Origin: a virus | Taxonomy: Duplodnaviria; Caudoviricetes | Length of the DNA stretch: 64,000 nucleotides | Direction: 5' to 3' (one strand) | IMG/VR virus record: IMGVR_UViG_3300030098_005649 | Shown here: piece after piece, positions 1 through 10,900 of the stretch | Layout of the letters: every line of letters begins with the position of its first letter | How positions within the stretch are numbered: the stretch's first letter is position 1 | Made by a program: the position numbers and the translations under genes | The notes under the pieces: model-generated | Seen by the model: only the letters and a program-made list of their open reading frames with translations | Told to the model about the DNA's origin: nothing | Databases searched by the model: none

Positions 1-1
1 T

Positions 2-151
2 GCTCCGTATGTACCATTGATTATGACACCTCTCGTATACGACCCAACCAACTTTACTCCGCGTAAAGGTGTGATGACTCGTTATGCGAAGAAAGTCGTA
101 AGACCTGAGTTCTACGGAAAAGTCATCGTTGCTGATGTTGATTTGGTGTAA
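2..151 (+). CDS. Major capsid protein, C-terminal fragment (T4 gp23-like), truncated by the window edge
   Basis: Frame 2 reads APYVPLIMTPLVYDPTNFTPRKGVMTRYAKKVVRPEFYGKVIVADVDLV*. This matches the PYVPL...F.P..G..TRY C-terminal pattern of T4-like capsid proteins and is followed by a strong terminator. Confidence 0.85.
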   Translation, partial: APYVPLIMTPLVYDPTNFTPRKGVMTRYAKKVVRPEFYGKVIVADVDLV

Positions 152-202
152 ACCAAATAGGTTAGTGTAAGGCTGGTTTTAGACTTATATTGACCAAACT
201 TA

Positions 203-234
203 AAAGAGGGGAGTAAAAACTCCCCTCTTTTTTT
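203..234 (+). terminator. Intrinsic terminator after the capsid gene
   Basis: AAAGAGGGGAG-taaaaa-CTCCCCTCTTT, an 11-bp stem followed by a T run. Confidence 0.9.
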
Positions 235-241
235 GCCTGTT

Positions 242-254
242 ATATTTATTACTG
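242..254 (+). promoter_or_regulatory. Putative phage late promoter (ATATTTAT motif)
   Basis: ATATTTATTACTG here is identical to 23689-23701. The ATATTTAT core recurs in gaps before structural genes (4869, 17844, 25294) and before thyX (36866). Confidence 0.6.
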
Positions 255-287
255 TAATATTACATACATTCTAATTAGGAGAAATAA

Positions 288-1445
288 ATGCCACAAGCAT
301 CAATATGGGATGGTAGTTCTACCTTTACAACAGGTTCTACACCATTTGGATTCTATGATACAGATTCAGATTTCCAAACTGAGGCTGATAACTTTGCGAA
401 GTGGTGTGCAAAAAGATTAGGTTATCCAATTATGGATGTGGAATTGAACTCAGGTTCATTCTACGCAATACTTGAAGAATCTATAACTGAATATTCTGCA
501 CAAGTAAATCAGTACAATATAAAAGACAATCTACTTTCTTTACAAGGACAATCTACAGGTTCTAATTTGACACATAGAAATGTCACCCAAACATTTGGTA
601 GAACCATACAGATATCAGAACAATATGGTACAGAAGCTTTAGTGGGTGGTACTACTGATTTGAAACACGGTTCAATACAAATAAACTCAGGTTCACAAGA
701 GTATGATTTGAATACATTGTGGGCTGATGTATCTGAAAGTGGAGAGGCAATTGAAGTTAGACGAGTATTTCACGAAGCCGCACCATCTATTCAAAGATAC
801 TTTGACCCATATGCAGGAACTGGTCAAGGTACTATAAATATGTTGGATGGATTTGGATTTGGAAATTATTCACCTGCAGTAACTTTTCTTATGATGCCAA
901 TATATGCAGATTTGTTGAGAGTTCAAGCAATTGAATTCAATGATATGATTAGAAAATCTGCTTATTCATTTGAATTGGTAAATAATAAACTTAAAATCTT
1001 TCCAAACCCAACAGGAGATGACACAATACATTTTCAATATATGGTAAAGAGTGAAAAGGACTCATCATTGAAAGCTCCACACGGTGGTTCTACACTTGGT
1101 GTGGTTAGTGATGTTTCCAATGCACCATATGAGAATATGGTTTATACACAGATAAACGATGTTGGTAAACAATGGATTCGTAAGTATGGATTAGCTTTAG
1201 CAAAAGAATTATTGGGTATGATTCGTAGTAAATATTCATCAGTTCCTATACCAAATGCCGAAGTAAATCTTGATGGTGAGACATTGAGGAGTGAGGCAAA
1301 TGCTGAAAAGGAACAATTGATAACCCAACTTCGTGAATACTTAGACCAATCATCTCGTAGGTCATTGATGGAAGCCGAAAGAGATGAGAGTGAATATCTA
1401 CAAGATAAGTTAGGTAGAATACCAATAAACATATATGTAGGATAA
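288..1445 (+). CDS. Neck / head-tail adaptor protein (T4 gp13-like)
   Basis: 385-aa ORF with SD AGGAG, directly after the capsid gene. LGYPIMDVEL and WIRKYGLALAKELLGMIRSKY segments are typical of gp13-like neck proteins. Confidence 0.7.
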   Translation: MPQASIWDGSSTFTTGSTPFGFYDTDSDFQTEADNFAKWCAKRLGYPIMDVELNSGSFYAILEESITEYSAQVNQYNIKDNLLSLQGQSTGSNLTHRNVTQTFGRTIQISEQYGTEALVGGTTDLKHGSIQINSGSQEYDLNTLWADVSESGEAIEVRRVFHEAAPSIQRYFDPYAGTGQGTINMLDGFGFGNYSPAVTFLMMPIYADLLRVQAIEFNDMIRKSAYSFELVNNKLKIFPNPTGDDTIHFQYMVKSEKDSSLKAPHGGSTLGVVSDVSNAPYENMVYTQINDVGKQWIRKYGLALAKELLGMIRSKYSSVPIPNAEVNLDGETLRSEANAEKEQLITQLREYLDQSSRRSLMEAERDESEYLQDKLGRIPINIYVG

Positions 1446-1449
1446 TCTG

Positions 1450-1938
1450 ATGGCTAGTCGGTTTTTATCTTCAAGAGACATAGAACAATTTACTCGTTTC
1501 AACAGAGAATTAGTTGGTGATTTAAAACGAGATAAAGATGGTATAATAAATCAACTTGTAAAGATATTTCAAATATCTGCATCTGATACTAAAACAAACT
1601 TATATGGTGAGGCAGTAGGTGGAGTAAAAACATTTTCACCTGGTGTTGAGTTACCTTGTACTATACAGGCAGATGATTTCGATTTCAATACGGATGAGTT
1701 TGGTCCTGATTTACGACAAACTGTGGTGTATAGTTTTATGAGAGATACTTTGATAGAGGCTGATTTCAGACCAGAAATTGGTGATATTATTGATTGGAAT
1801 CACGCTCATTGGGAAATAAATTCAATAAATGAAAATCAATTGATTGGTGGAAAATATGATGAGAACTTTTCAGTAGTATGTAATACTCATCTAATTAGAA
1901 AAAGTGCACTAAATATTGAGAGGATTAGAAGTATATAA
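1450..1938 (+). CDS. Neck / head-closure protein (T4 gp14-like)
   Basis: 162 aa, follows the gp13-like gene. Contains NLYGE and PEIGDIIDW...WEI motifs typical of head-closure proteins. Confidence 0.6.
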   Translation: MASRFLSSRDIEQFTRFNRELVGDLKRDKDGIINQLVKIFQISASDTKTNLYGEAVGGVKTFSPGVELPCTIQADDFDFNTDEFGPDLRQTVVYSFMRDTLIEADFRPEIGDIIDWNHAHWEINSINENQLIGGKYDENFSVVCNTHLIRKSALNIERIRSI

Positions 1939-3323
1939 TGGCAAGTAAATCTAAACCAGTTCCAAGAACTCAAAGAAACATCCAACGAGATGTACCGAGT
2001 AATAGGGGATATGAGTTACGAAGAGATAATGATACTGTAAAAAATGTACAAGTATCTCTTATTGACCACGATTCCGCCATTATGTTTTACTTCAATGAGG
2101 TGATAAAACCAACTGTGGTTGAGGGAGATGAACAGATAAAAGTTCCTGTATTGTATTCTAATCCTGAGAGATGGAAGTCAATAAATAAAGATGGATATAT
2201 ACGAGATTCAAAAAGAAGTATTATAACTCCATTGGTTGTATTTCGTAGAACGAGTATACAAAAAGATGATACTATTGCTGTAGATAAATTCGACCCAACC
2301 AAACCAAAATTATTTTATACATTTGAACAAAAGTATTCTCAAAAAAATAGATATGATAGATTTTCACAACAAATAGGATTATTACAACAAAAAGAATATT
2401 ATAATGTTGCAGTACCAGATTATATGACTATGAATTATGAGGCAATAATTTGGACTTCTTATGTTGCTCAAATGAATCAGTTGGTAGAGAAGATAAATTT
2501 TTCTGATGGTGCATATTGGGGAGAACCAAACAAATTCAAGTTCAAAGTAAATATAGATAGTTTTGAAGATAGTACAGAATTTGGAGATAATGAAAGAATT
2601 ATAAAAACTACATTCAATTTTAGTTTTAGAGGATATCTAATACCTGAGAGTTTCAATGAATTTATGAATACTCAAAAGTATTTTACACCAAGTAGAATCG
2701 ACATAGAAGATAACACAGGATTACAATTTACACCTAATTTTGGTATAGGTGGAAATAAATTAGAAGTCTTACATACACAGGCAAAAGGAAGTGGTATACC
2801 AAATCAACTTGGTGGTGCAACAGATTTTATGAGAGGTGCTACAAGAAGTGGTGGTGGTGAGGCACAAGACATACAATTTACAAATACATTTGGTGGTGAA
2901 ACTTTATATACTATGAGAAATGGTGGAGAACCAACGAGTTCTGCAGATACTACGGCAGTATTACAATTTGGATTCGCTGAATCTAATTATGAATTGAAGA
3001 GTTTTGTGATATCAGGAAGTTCAAGTTCATCCTTATATAATATTCCAGACCAATCACAACAGACTGCTTCAGTATATTCATTGACATCATCAATCGATAC
3101 TGGATTTCAGTTACGAAATGGTAGTTTGAATATATCTATAAATGGAGTTGATTTGAGTTCTGAACAAAATCAATTACAATCTGGTTCTGTTGATTTCTTT
3201 ATAAGTTCATCACAACAAGAATTTTTAGTTCGTAAACCAACAGTAGAAGACCCATTTCACGGACATAATATAGACCAAACAGAATTTCTAACCATTAGAT
3301 TTCAACAAGAAAAGGTATTCTAA
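1938..3323 (+). CDS. Tail completion / sheath terminator (T4 gp15-like) with C-terminal extension
   Basis: The N-terminal ~240 aa (IKVPVLYSNPERW, TPLVVFRRTSI, VAVPDYMTMNYE, QMNQLVEKI) resemble gp15-like proteins. It is coupled to the upstream gene by a TAATG overlap. Confidence 0.6.
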   Translation: MASKSKPVPRTQRNIQRDVPSNRGYELRRDNDTVKNVQVSLIDHDSAIMFYFNEVIKPTVVEGDEQIKVPVLYSNPERWKSINKDGYIRDSKRSIITPLVVFRRTSIQKDDTIAVDKFDPTKPKLFYTFEQKYSQKNRYDRFSQQIGLLQQKEYYNVAVPDYMTMNYEAIIWTSYVAQMNQLVEKINFSDGAYWGEPNKFKFKVNIDSFEDSTEFGDNERIIKTTFNFSFRGYLIPESFNEFMNTQKYFTPSRIDIEDNTGLQFTPNFGIGGNKLEVLHTQAKGSGIPNQLGGATDFMRGATRSGGGEAQDIQFTNTFGGETLYTMRNGGEPTSSADTTAVLQFGFAESNYELKSFVISGSSSSSLYNIPDQSQQTASVYSLTSSIDTGFQLRNGSLNISINGVDLSSEQNQLQSGSVDFFISSSQQEFLVRKPTVEDPFHGHNIDQTEFLTIRFQQEKVF

Positions 3324-3868
3324 TGGCACAAAATTATTTGAAAGGTGTAAAACACGAATTTATAAAACCAGTATCCGAATCTAAATTTAGTGGTGATGTA
3401 TTGGTATTTAGAGATTCTGATAAGAATCCAATAGAATACTCAATGAATATGAGGTCAGGAGGGCCAAAGACAAGAACAGATGTTGTAAATTTTGAAGGTG
3501 GTGATAATAATTTTACAAGAAGAGTTCAAAGATTTAAGTATCAGGATATTTATTTTCAGAATAGTGACTTCTATGATTTTGAACCAGATTTGACCGAAGG
3601 TTATGAATTAAAACCAGGCACAGTAAGATTGAAAATAAATGGAGTACAACAAAGAACAAATCATCTTGACCCACGAAAAAGTGAAGGTGTAGATTTTTCT
3701 TTAGATGCAACCTTATCAAAGATAAGATTGTATAAACCAAGACCAGGTGACCCATATACAGATGGTTCTGGTGCTACAAGATATTATAATTTTTATGGAT
3801 ATGAGATTAGATCTGGTAGTTATTTTTCAGATGAAATAGAAGTCAAATATTCACAGGAGAGTATGTAA
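3323..3868 (+). CDS. Hypothetical virion protein
   Basis: 181-aa ORF with TAATG coupling on both sides, inside the structural operon. Confidence 0.55.
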   Translation: MAQNYLKGVKHEFIKPVSESKFSGDVLVFRDSDKNPIEYSMNMRSGGPKTRTDVVNFEGGDNNFTRRVQRFKYQDIYFQNSDFYDFEPDLTEGYELKPGTVRLKINGVQQRTNHLDPRKSEGVDFSLDATLSKIRLYKPRPGDPYTDGSGATRYYNFYGYEIRSGSYFSDEIEVKYSQESM

Positions 3869-4845
3869 TGGCATTAATAGATTTAACAACACAGGCTTTA
3901 CCACCACAAGTACCATCTAAGGTATTGACCACTACTGCAGTAACAGAATCTGCTACAGGAACTTTTAGAATAAAGTGGGATGATATTTCAATTGACTTAT
4001 TATCAACTGGTTCTTTTGATTTGGGTATTGGTAATCATTTGATAGCAACTGCAATATTTGCTACTGGTTCTAATGGTCAAGAAGAAGCTATAAGAATTTT
4101 ACCATCCAATGGTCCTGATGGGCCTTTTTCTACTGGTTCTGTAATTGTACAAGGTGATTTGATTGTAAGAGGAAATACTACACAACAGAATGTAGAGTCT
4201 ATGGTTGTAAAAGACCCAATATTAGATTTGAATTATTCTGGTTCAGCGGAACAAGGATTGACCGATAGTGACTATGGTGGTTTGAGAATTGCTAGGTCAG
4301 GTAGTAATCCAGCAAAAATTGTATTTGAAGAAGCATCTGATAGGTGGAGAGTTGATGTTGGACTAAATGCATATAGTACTTTGGTTAGTGTAGATTCAAC
4401 TGATACATTGACAAATAAAACTATAACAGGATTAGCAAGTTCTACCTTGGCAACATCTGCTTCATTGACACTCGATGGTGGATTTATAAGAGGTGGTAGA
4501 TATGCACAACACGATAATGAATACACCACTAAAGCTTATGTAGATGCTGCACTTGGTTCAGGTGAATTTGGTGTATACTTTAGAAAGAATTTTGTTAAAA
4601 AGGCTGGTACTATTAATGCAACAACTGCAAGTTTTACTGCAGTAACCGCATCTGCACCAGGTTCATTGACGGCTACAAATGAACAAGACTTTTCATTCTT
4701 TATCAATGGTGCCTATATGGAACACGATGCATTAACAATACAACAAGATGGGGGACAATTTCTACTAAAAGTTGATTCTGATGAGATAGGATATACTTTA
4801 GAAAGTGACGATGAAATAATTGCACACGGAAAATTTAACTCATAA
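3868..4845 (+). CDS. Putative virion fibre / collar-associated protein
   Basis: 325 aa, Ser/Thr/Gly-rich. Contains fibre-type segments (VQGDLIVRGNTT, VKDPILDLN, TLTNKTI, YTTKAYVD). Confidence 0.5.
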   Translation: MALIDLTTQALPPQVPSKVLTTTAVTESATGTFRIKWDDISIDLLSTGSFDLGIGNHLIATAIFATGSNGQEEAIRILPSNGPDGPFSTGSVIVQGDLIVRGNTTQQNVESMVVKDPILDLNYSGSAEQGLTDSDYGGLRIARSGSNPAKIVFEEASDRWRVDVGLNAYSTLVSVDSTDTLTNKTITGLASSTLATSASLTLDGGFIRGGRYAQHDNEYTTKAYVDAALGSGEFGVYFRKNFVKKAGTINATTASFTAVTASAPGSLTATNEQDFSFFINGAYMEHDALTIQQDGGQFLLKVDSDEIGYTLESDDEIIAHGKFNS

Positions 4846-4918
4846 TTTTATTAGAATTTGAAAAACAAATATTTATAGATGATAAGCTTATACATCTAAA
4901 ATAACGGAATTACCATAT

Positions 4919-7900
4919 ATGGCAAAACTTGATAGTAAACAACTATTACCACTACTTACAGGATCATTCGAGTTATCAGGAAGTCTACAATTATCTTCCG
5001 ATAGTTCTATTACAGGTTCTATCTCTGGTTCATTCAAAGGTGAGGGAGATAACCTAACATTTGGCCCTGCTAAACAACCTTTTTCAGACATATCTGAATC
5101 TCTTGGTGATAGACTTGATACCATAGAAGGTGATAGTCCACAACAATTAGGTGAAAATAATTCACCAACATTTGCAGGCCTGAGTATAACCAATGGTCTA
5201 ACTGTTGGTGGTGACATAACTGCAGAATCCTTTATAGTTAGTTCCTCCGTAACCCATATGACACAATCATTCTCAAGTGGTTCTACTGTTTTTGGGGATA
5301 CTTTAGACGATACTCACGAATTTACAGGTTCATTAATATTCACTGGTTCTATGGTAATACCAGTTGTAGATACATTTCCTACAAGTTCTGCAGACAAACC
5401 GTTCAAATCAGGTTCTATATTTTATTTTGATGAGGGAACTGGAGGAACTCCATCAAGACCATCTAAACAAGTATATGTTTATAGTGGTGCATCATCAGAT
5501 GGTTTCAATGCAATATCCACAAGTGGTACAAGTGGTACGAGTGGAACTGCAGGTACATCAGGTACAAGTGGGTCAAGTGGTACGAGTGGTTCAAGTGGAA
5601 CAAGTGGTACAAACGGAACAAGTGGTTCTTCGGGCTCAAGTGGTACGAGTGGAACATCTGGTACAAGTGGTTCAAGTGGAACATCTGGCTCAAGTGGAAC
5701 ATCTGGCTCAAGTGGTTCAAGTGGAACAAGTGGGGATAGTGGTTCTTCGGGTACAAGTGGAACATCTGGCTCAAGTGGTACGAGTGGAACATCTGGCTCA
5801 AGTGGTAGTAGTGGTACGAGTGGTAGTAGTGGGACTTCGGGTACAAGTGGTTCAAGTGGTTCAAGTGGTACAAGTGGAATAGATGGCTCAAGTGGAACAA
5901 GTGGAACAAGTGGAAGTTCAGGTACGAGTGGTACGAGTGGAACAAGTGGTTCTTCAGGTTCAAGTGGAACAAGTGGTACAAGCGGAAGTTCTGGCTCAAG
6001 TGGAACAAGTGGAATAGATGGTTCGAGTGGTACAAGTGGTTCTTCAGGCACAAGTGGAACATCTGGCACAAGTGGTTCATCAGGCTCAAGTGGTACAAGT
6101 GGAAGTTCAGGTTCAAGTGGTACAAGTGGAAGTTCAGGTTCAAGTGGTACAAGTGGAACATCTGGCTCAAGTGGAACAAGTGGTGTAGACGGAACAAGTG
6201 GAACATCTGGCACAAGTGGTTCAAGTGGTTCAAGTGGAACGGCTGGTTCAAGTGGAAGTAGTGGAACAAGTGGTTCTTCAGGCTCAAGTGGTACGAGTGG
6301 GTCAAGTGGTTCATCTGGCACAAGTGGTATAGATGGTTCGAGTGGAACATCAGGTTCATCTGGCACAAGTGGAACATCTGGCTCAAGTGGAACAAGTGGT
6401 TCGAGCGGGACAAGTGGAACTTCTGGTTCTTCAGGTTCAAGTGGAACAAGCGGTTCGAGTGGAAGTAGTGGAACAAGTGGTTCAAGTGGTACAAGTGGAA
6501 TAGATGGTTCGAGTGGTACAAGTGGAACAAGTGGAAGTTCAGGTTCGAGTGGAACAAGTGGTTCATCAGGTTCTTCGGGTACAAGTGGAACAAGTGGAAC
6601 GAGTGGTTCATCAGGTACAAGTGGAACAAGTGGTTCGTCAGGCACAAGTGGGGAAGATGGTTCAAGTGGAACGAGTGGTTCTTCTGGTACTTCAGGTACA
6701 AATGGAACAAGTGGAACAAGTGGTTCGAGTGGGTCATCTGGCACAAGTGGTTCAAGTGGGTCAAGTGGTACAAGTGGAACATCTGGCACAAGTGGTTCGA
6801 GTGGTTCTTCAGGTACAAGTGGAATAGATGGGGGTGATGGTTCAAGTGGAACAAGTGGTTCAAGTGGTTCAAGTGGAACGGCTGGTTCAAGTGGAAGTAG
6901 TGGAACAAGTGGAAGTTCTGGCTCAAGTGGGACAAGTGGTACATCAGGAACAAGTGGTACAAGTGGAACATCTGGCACAAGTGGTTCGAGTGGTTCAAGT
7001 GGTACAAGTGGGTCAAGTGGAACAAGTGGTTCAAGTGGAACAAGTGGTTCTGATGGAAATTTCGGTGGTGCAGCATTTGAGTTTGATTTCAATACTGCTA
7101 CATCAGATTCAGATCCTGGTGCAGGAAAATTAGCACTAAACAATGCAACTCAAAATAATGCAACAGAAATGTACATTGATGATACTGATGTCAATGGTAC
7201 AGATATACAAACTTATTTACGAACTATAGATGATTCGACCTCTACGATAAAGGGGCATGTTAGAATAACAAATAAAACAGATAGTTCACAATTTATTTTA
7301 TTTACAATATCAGCATCTTCTGAAGAAACAGGTTACCATAAAGTTACTATAAGTGCTGTAGATTCATCAGCTGCAGCTCCATTTAGTAATACAGAAGATG
7401 TTATTGCGACATTCGCAAGAACTGGTGATAAAGGTGATAGTGGGTCAAGTGGTACGAGTGGTACTTCTGGAACAAGTGGTAGTAGTGGTTCAAGTGGAAC
7501 AAGTGGTTCAAGTGGAAGTAGTGGAACAAGTGGTGTAATTCAACTAGCTAGTGAGGGTGAGAATAGAATTATAACATCCGATGGTGATGGAACTGGAACT
7601 GCAGAAGCTAACCTTACTTTTGATGGGGCAAATTTACGACTAACTGGTTCATTGTTTATAACAGGTTCAAGTATGGGTGTAGATACTCACGGTTCTGTAA
7701 GTGGTTCTGCACAATCAACTGGTTCGTTTGGTAAAATAGAATTATATAATGATATACATTTGAATGTTGGAGAATTTGCTGTAAGTGGTTCATCAACCTC
7801 AACTGGTTCGTTTGGTAGAATACAGGCTTCAAATATTGCTGGTAATAGTGATATAAATATTTTAGATGATGTAAATTTCAATAATGTAACCCTAACAAAT

Positions 7901-10900
7901 TTAGATGCCGATAGTGGTAATATTGGTGGGTGGACAATCAATTCCGATAAACTTGCAAAAACAGGTCAATTTGAATTATCACCTGATGCTACATATGTGG
8001 TAAGTTCAAGTAACTTCAAAGTAGATGCAGAGGGTAATGTTACTGCATCAAGTATATTACTAACAGATGATATTACCGCAACACTTGGTTTCTTTGAAGA
8101 TAAATTATTAGTTGGTGGTACTATTGAAGAACCAAGTGTTTATGTAAGTTCAAGTGGTGAAATATCCGCATCTCATTTCAGAATTGATACAGAAGGAGCA
8201 GTAACTGCATCTCGTATCTTGATTGCACAAGATGTCAAGGCAGATTCAGTACACGCAAACTTTGGTTTCTTTGAAGATAGAATGTTAGTCGGTGGAAGTG
8301 TTGATGCTCCAAATGTTTATATAAGTTCAAGTGGTGAGATTTCAGCTTCATTCTTCAGAGTAGACCAATTTGGTGCGGTAACTGCATCTCGAATGTTGAT
8401 TGGTAATGATGTACAAGCGGACTCGGTACACGCAAATCTTGGTTTCTTTGGAGATAGATTATTAGTTGGTGGAACTGAGGCCGAACCAAATGTTTATATT
8501 TCATCAAGTGGTGAGATTTCAGCTTCTTTCTTCAGAGTAGACCAACACGGAGCAGTAACTGCATCTCGAATGTTGATTGGTAATGATGTACAGGCTGATT
8601 CAGTTCACGCAACACTTGGTTTCTTTGGAGACAGATTATTAGTTGGTGGTACAGAAGCAGAACCTAATGTGTATGTTAGTTCAAGTGGAGAAATATCTGC
8701 ATCATTCTTTAGGGTAGACCAACACGGAGCAGTAACTGCATCAAGGATGTTGATTGGTAATGATGTTCAGGCAGATTCTGTACACGCTACACTTGGTTTC
8801 TTTGGGGATAAATTATTAGTAGGAGGCACTGAAGCAGAACCTAATGTTTATATAAGTTCAAGTGGTGAAATATCCGCATCATTCTTTAGAGTAGACCAGC
8901 ACGGAGCAGTAACTGCCTCAAGAATGTTGATAGGTTCTGATGTACAGGCAGATTCGGTTCACGCAAACTTTGGATTTTTTGGAGATACACTAAAAGTAGG
9001 TGGTACAGAAGCAATACCTAATTTTATAATATCATCAAGTGGATTTGTATCTGCATCTAATTTCCAAGTATCACCTGCAGGAGAGATGACTGCATCAGCT
9101 GGTGATATTGCTGGTTGGAAAATAGAAGATGGTTCTATAAGTAAAGGAACTGTAGCATTAAATTCATCATTACCTGGTTTAGAAATAGACAATGAATTTG
9201 GAGATACAGTTGTAAAAGTTGCATCTGCATCTTTGAGTAATGAGGCAGCTGGTACGGATTTATTTATAAATGGTGGAATAGAAATAATTGACACAGGTGC
9301 AAATTCAAATGCTGGAACACCACCATTTGGTGGACAGAACATTGGAACTATATCTGCACCGAATAGTCTTGTTTCTTGGTCTATTGAACTTGGTGCAAGA
9401 GTTAGTTCTTCGATAACAAGAAGAAATCAATATGGTAGTGTTGGTCAAAGTGCAAACGAAGGTAATAATACACTTGATATTTTTGTACCAAGTGGTTCTT
9501 ATGTATTGGGTGAGACTCATAACTACATAATATCTTCAAGTATTACTGGTTCATTCTCAGAAGGTAAAACAATTTATACTTCATTCAACACAAGAATGAG
9601 TCATAGTTTACAAGGTGCTGGGACAAACAGAACTGTACCAGACCAATTTGTTTCATTGTGGTATGAATCAGCATCAGCTTATTATATGTTCGGCCCATCT
9701 GGTAGTGTGGATGGAAGTAGTCCTGTAGGAAAGAGTTTCTTACCTGGTAAGAATTTCTCACAGATAAATCTAAATGCTGAACTACCAAAAGACACTACAA
9801 ATATTTTAGTAAAAGTTAGTGGTTCGTTGAACCCAACTTCGGATTTAGGAAATGATGGAACACCATACACAGAACTTCAGTTTGATTCATTCGTACTAAA
9901 ACAAGTCGAGGCAAAAATTGAATTGATGCCTGATGGGTTATTGATATTTGCATCACCAAGTAGTTTCATAAAACTAACTCGTGATGGTTTAGAAATAAAT
10001 GGTGCATCAATAACTGCTGAATCATTGACTGCAAATACTGTTACTGCAACTGGTGGTTTGGTTTCAGATGGTGCTACATCAACTGCATCAGATCCTGATG
10101 CTGGAACAAGTGGAACAAGTGGAACATCTGGTTCAAGTGGTACGAGTGGAACAAGTGGTACGAGTGGAACATCTGGTTCAAGTGGTTCAAGTGGAACAAG
10201 TGGAAGTTCAGGTTCAAGTGGAACATCTGGTTCAAGTGGAACATCTGGAACAAGTGGAAGTAGTGGTTCTTCAGGTACAAGTGGTTCAAGTGGAAGTAGT
10301 GGAACAAGTGGAACAAGTGGAACATCTGGTTCAAGTGGTACATCAGGTTCAAGTGGTACGAGTGGAAGTAGTGGTTCGAGTGGAACAAGTGGAACATCTG
10401 GTACAAGTGGTTCAAGTGGAACATCTGGAACAAGTGGAACAAGTGGTTCTTCAGGTTCAAGTGGAACAAGTGGTTCAAGTGGTTCATCAGGTACGAGTGG
10501 AACAAGTGGAACATCTGGAACATCTGGTACAAGCGGAAGTAGTGGAACAAGTGGAGATAGTGGTTCTTCGGGTACAAGTGGTTCAAGTGGAACAAGTGGT
10601 TCAAGCGGGTCAAGTGGAACAAGTGGTAGTAGTGGTTCAAGTGGAGTAAGTGGTTCGAGTGGAACAAGTGGGACATCAGGTACAAGTGGAACATCTGGCT
10701 CAAGTGGTTCAAGTGGAACATCTGGTTCCTCTGGCTCAAGTGGAACAAGTGGTTCGAGTGGAACAAGTGGGTCATCAGGTACAAGTGGTACTAGCGGTTC
10801 AAGTGGTTCAAGTGGAGTCTCTGGCTCAAGTGGAACAAGTGGGTCAAGTGGAACATCTGGCTCAAGCGGTTCAAGTGGAACAAGTGGTTCGAGTGGAACA

